Source: Epiperipatus broadwayi (Eukaryota > Animalia > Onychophora). Taken from it: a stretch of 64,000 nt of DNA. This document shows, one piece after another, positions 63,901 to 64,000 of the stretch. Position 1 is the stretch's first letter. Each line of letters starts with the position of its first letter. The translations under genes were made by a program, and so were the position numbers. The stretch spans positions 24,986,001 to 25,050,000 of the forward strand of contig JAQFVV010000002.1 in assembly GCA_028023455.1 (NCBI GenBank). The letters are read 5' to 3'. The notes under the pieces are model-generated. The model was given only the letters and a program-made list of their open reading frames with translations. It ran no database searches and had not been told where the DNA came from.

Positions 63901-64000
63901 TGATTTGCAGCTTACTCTGGTTGTTCCCATGCACATTTATAAAGGGAATGGAGACTCTCCCCTGAGAAGTAATCCCTGACAGTCCGTTACAGGTGCTAAT

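Noticed and set aside
1-64000. CRISPR arrays, tRNA or rRNA genes, prokaryotic operons
   Set aside because: None seen; the sequence is eukaryotic and intron-rich, and its tandem repeats lack repeat-spacer organisation.

Overview
AT-rich metazoan (probably arthropod) genomic DNA. The window holds the 5' part of a large-intron splicing factor 1 gene (SF1/branchpoint-binding protein) on the + strand. Six coding exons (1142-1313, 4291-4338, 24160-24279, 27487-27562, 44961-45113, 55732-55852) splice in frame through GT-AG introns of about 3.0, 19.8, 3.2, 17.4 and 10.6 kb into 230 codons. These cover the MATGAN start, the U2AF ligand motif, RSPSP and the start of the KH domain; I found no later exon, so the gene continues past the window. 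The introns contain many mobile elements: a young RTE-clade LINE with two frameshifts, a decayed LINE with an SGNH-esterase ORF1, a piggyBac transposase pseudogene, a Merlin fragment, Penelope-like (PLE) relics, a TTAA-flanked Kolobok-like element and several TA-flanked MITEs. The most interesting signal is a ~450-bp repeat family in intron 4, arranged both in tandem and inverted, in which each unit carries a type I hammerhead-ribozyme-like core. Fragments of it are dispersed in the window, one abutting a PLE. Both clear PLE relics also end in hammerhead-like cores. Exon 3, which encodes the U2AF ligand motif, is frame-symmetric and has an atypical 3' splice site. All family assignments come from motif recognition by eye; no database search was run.
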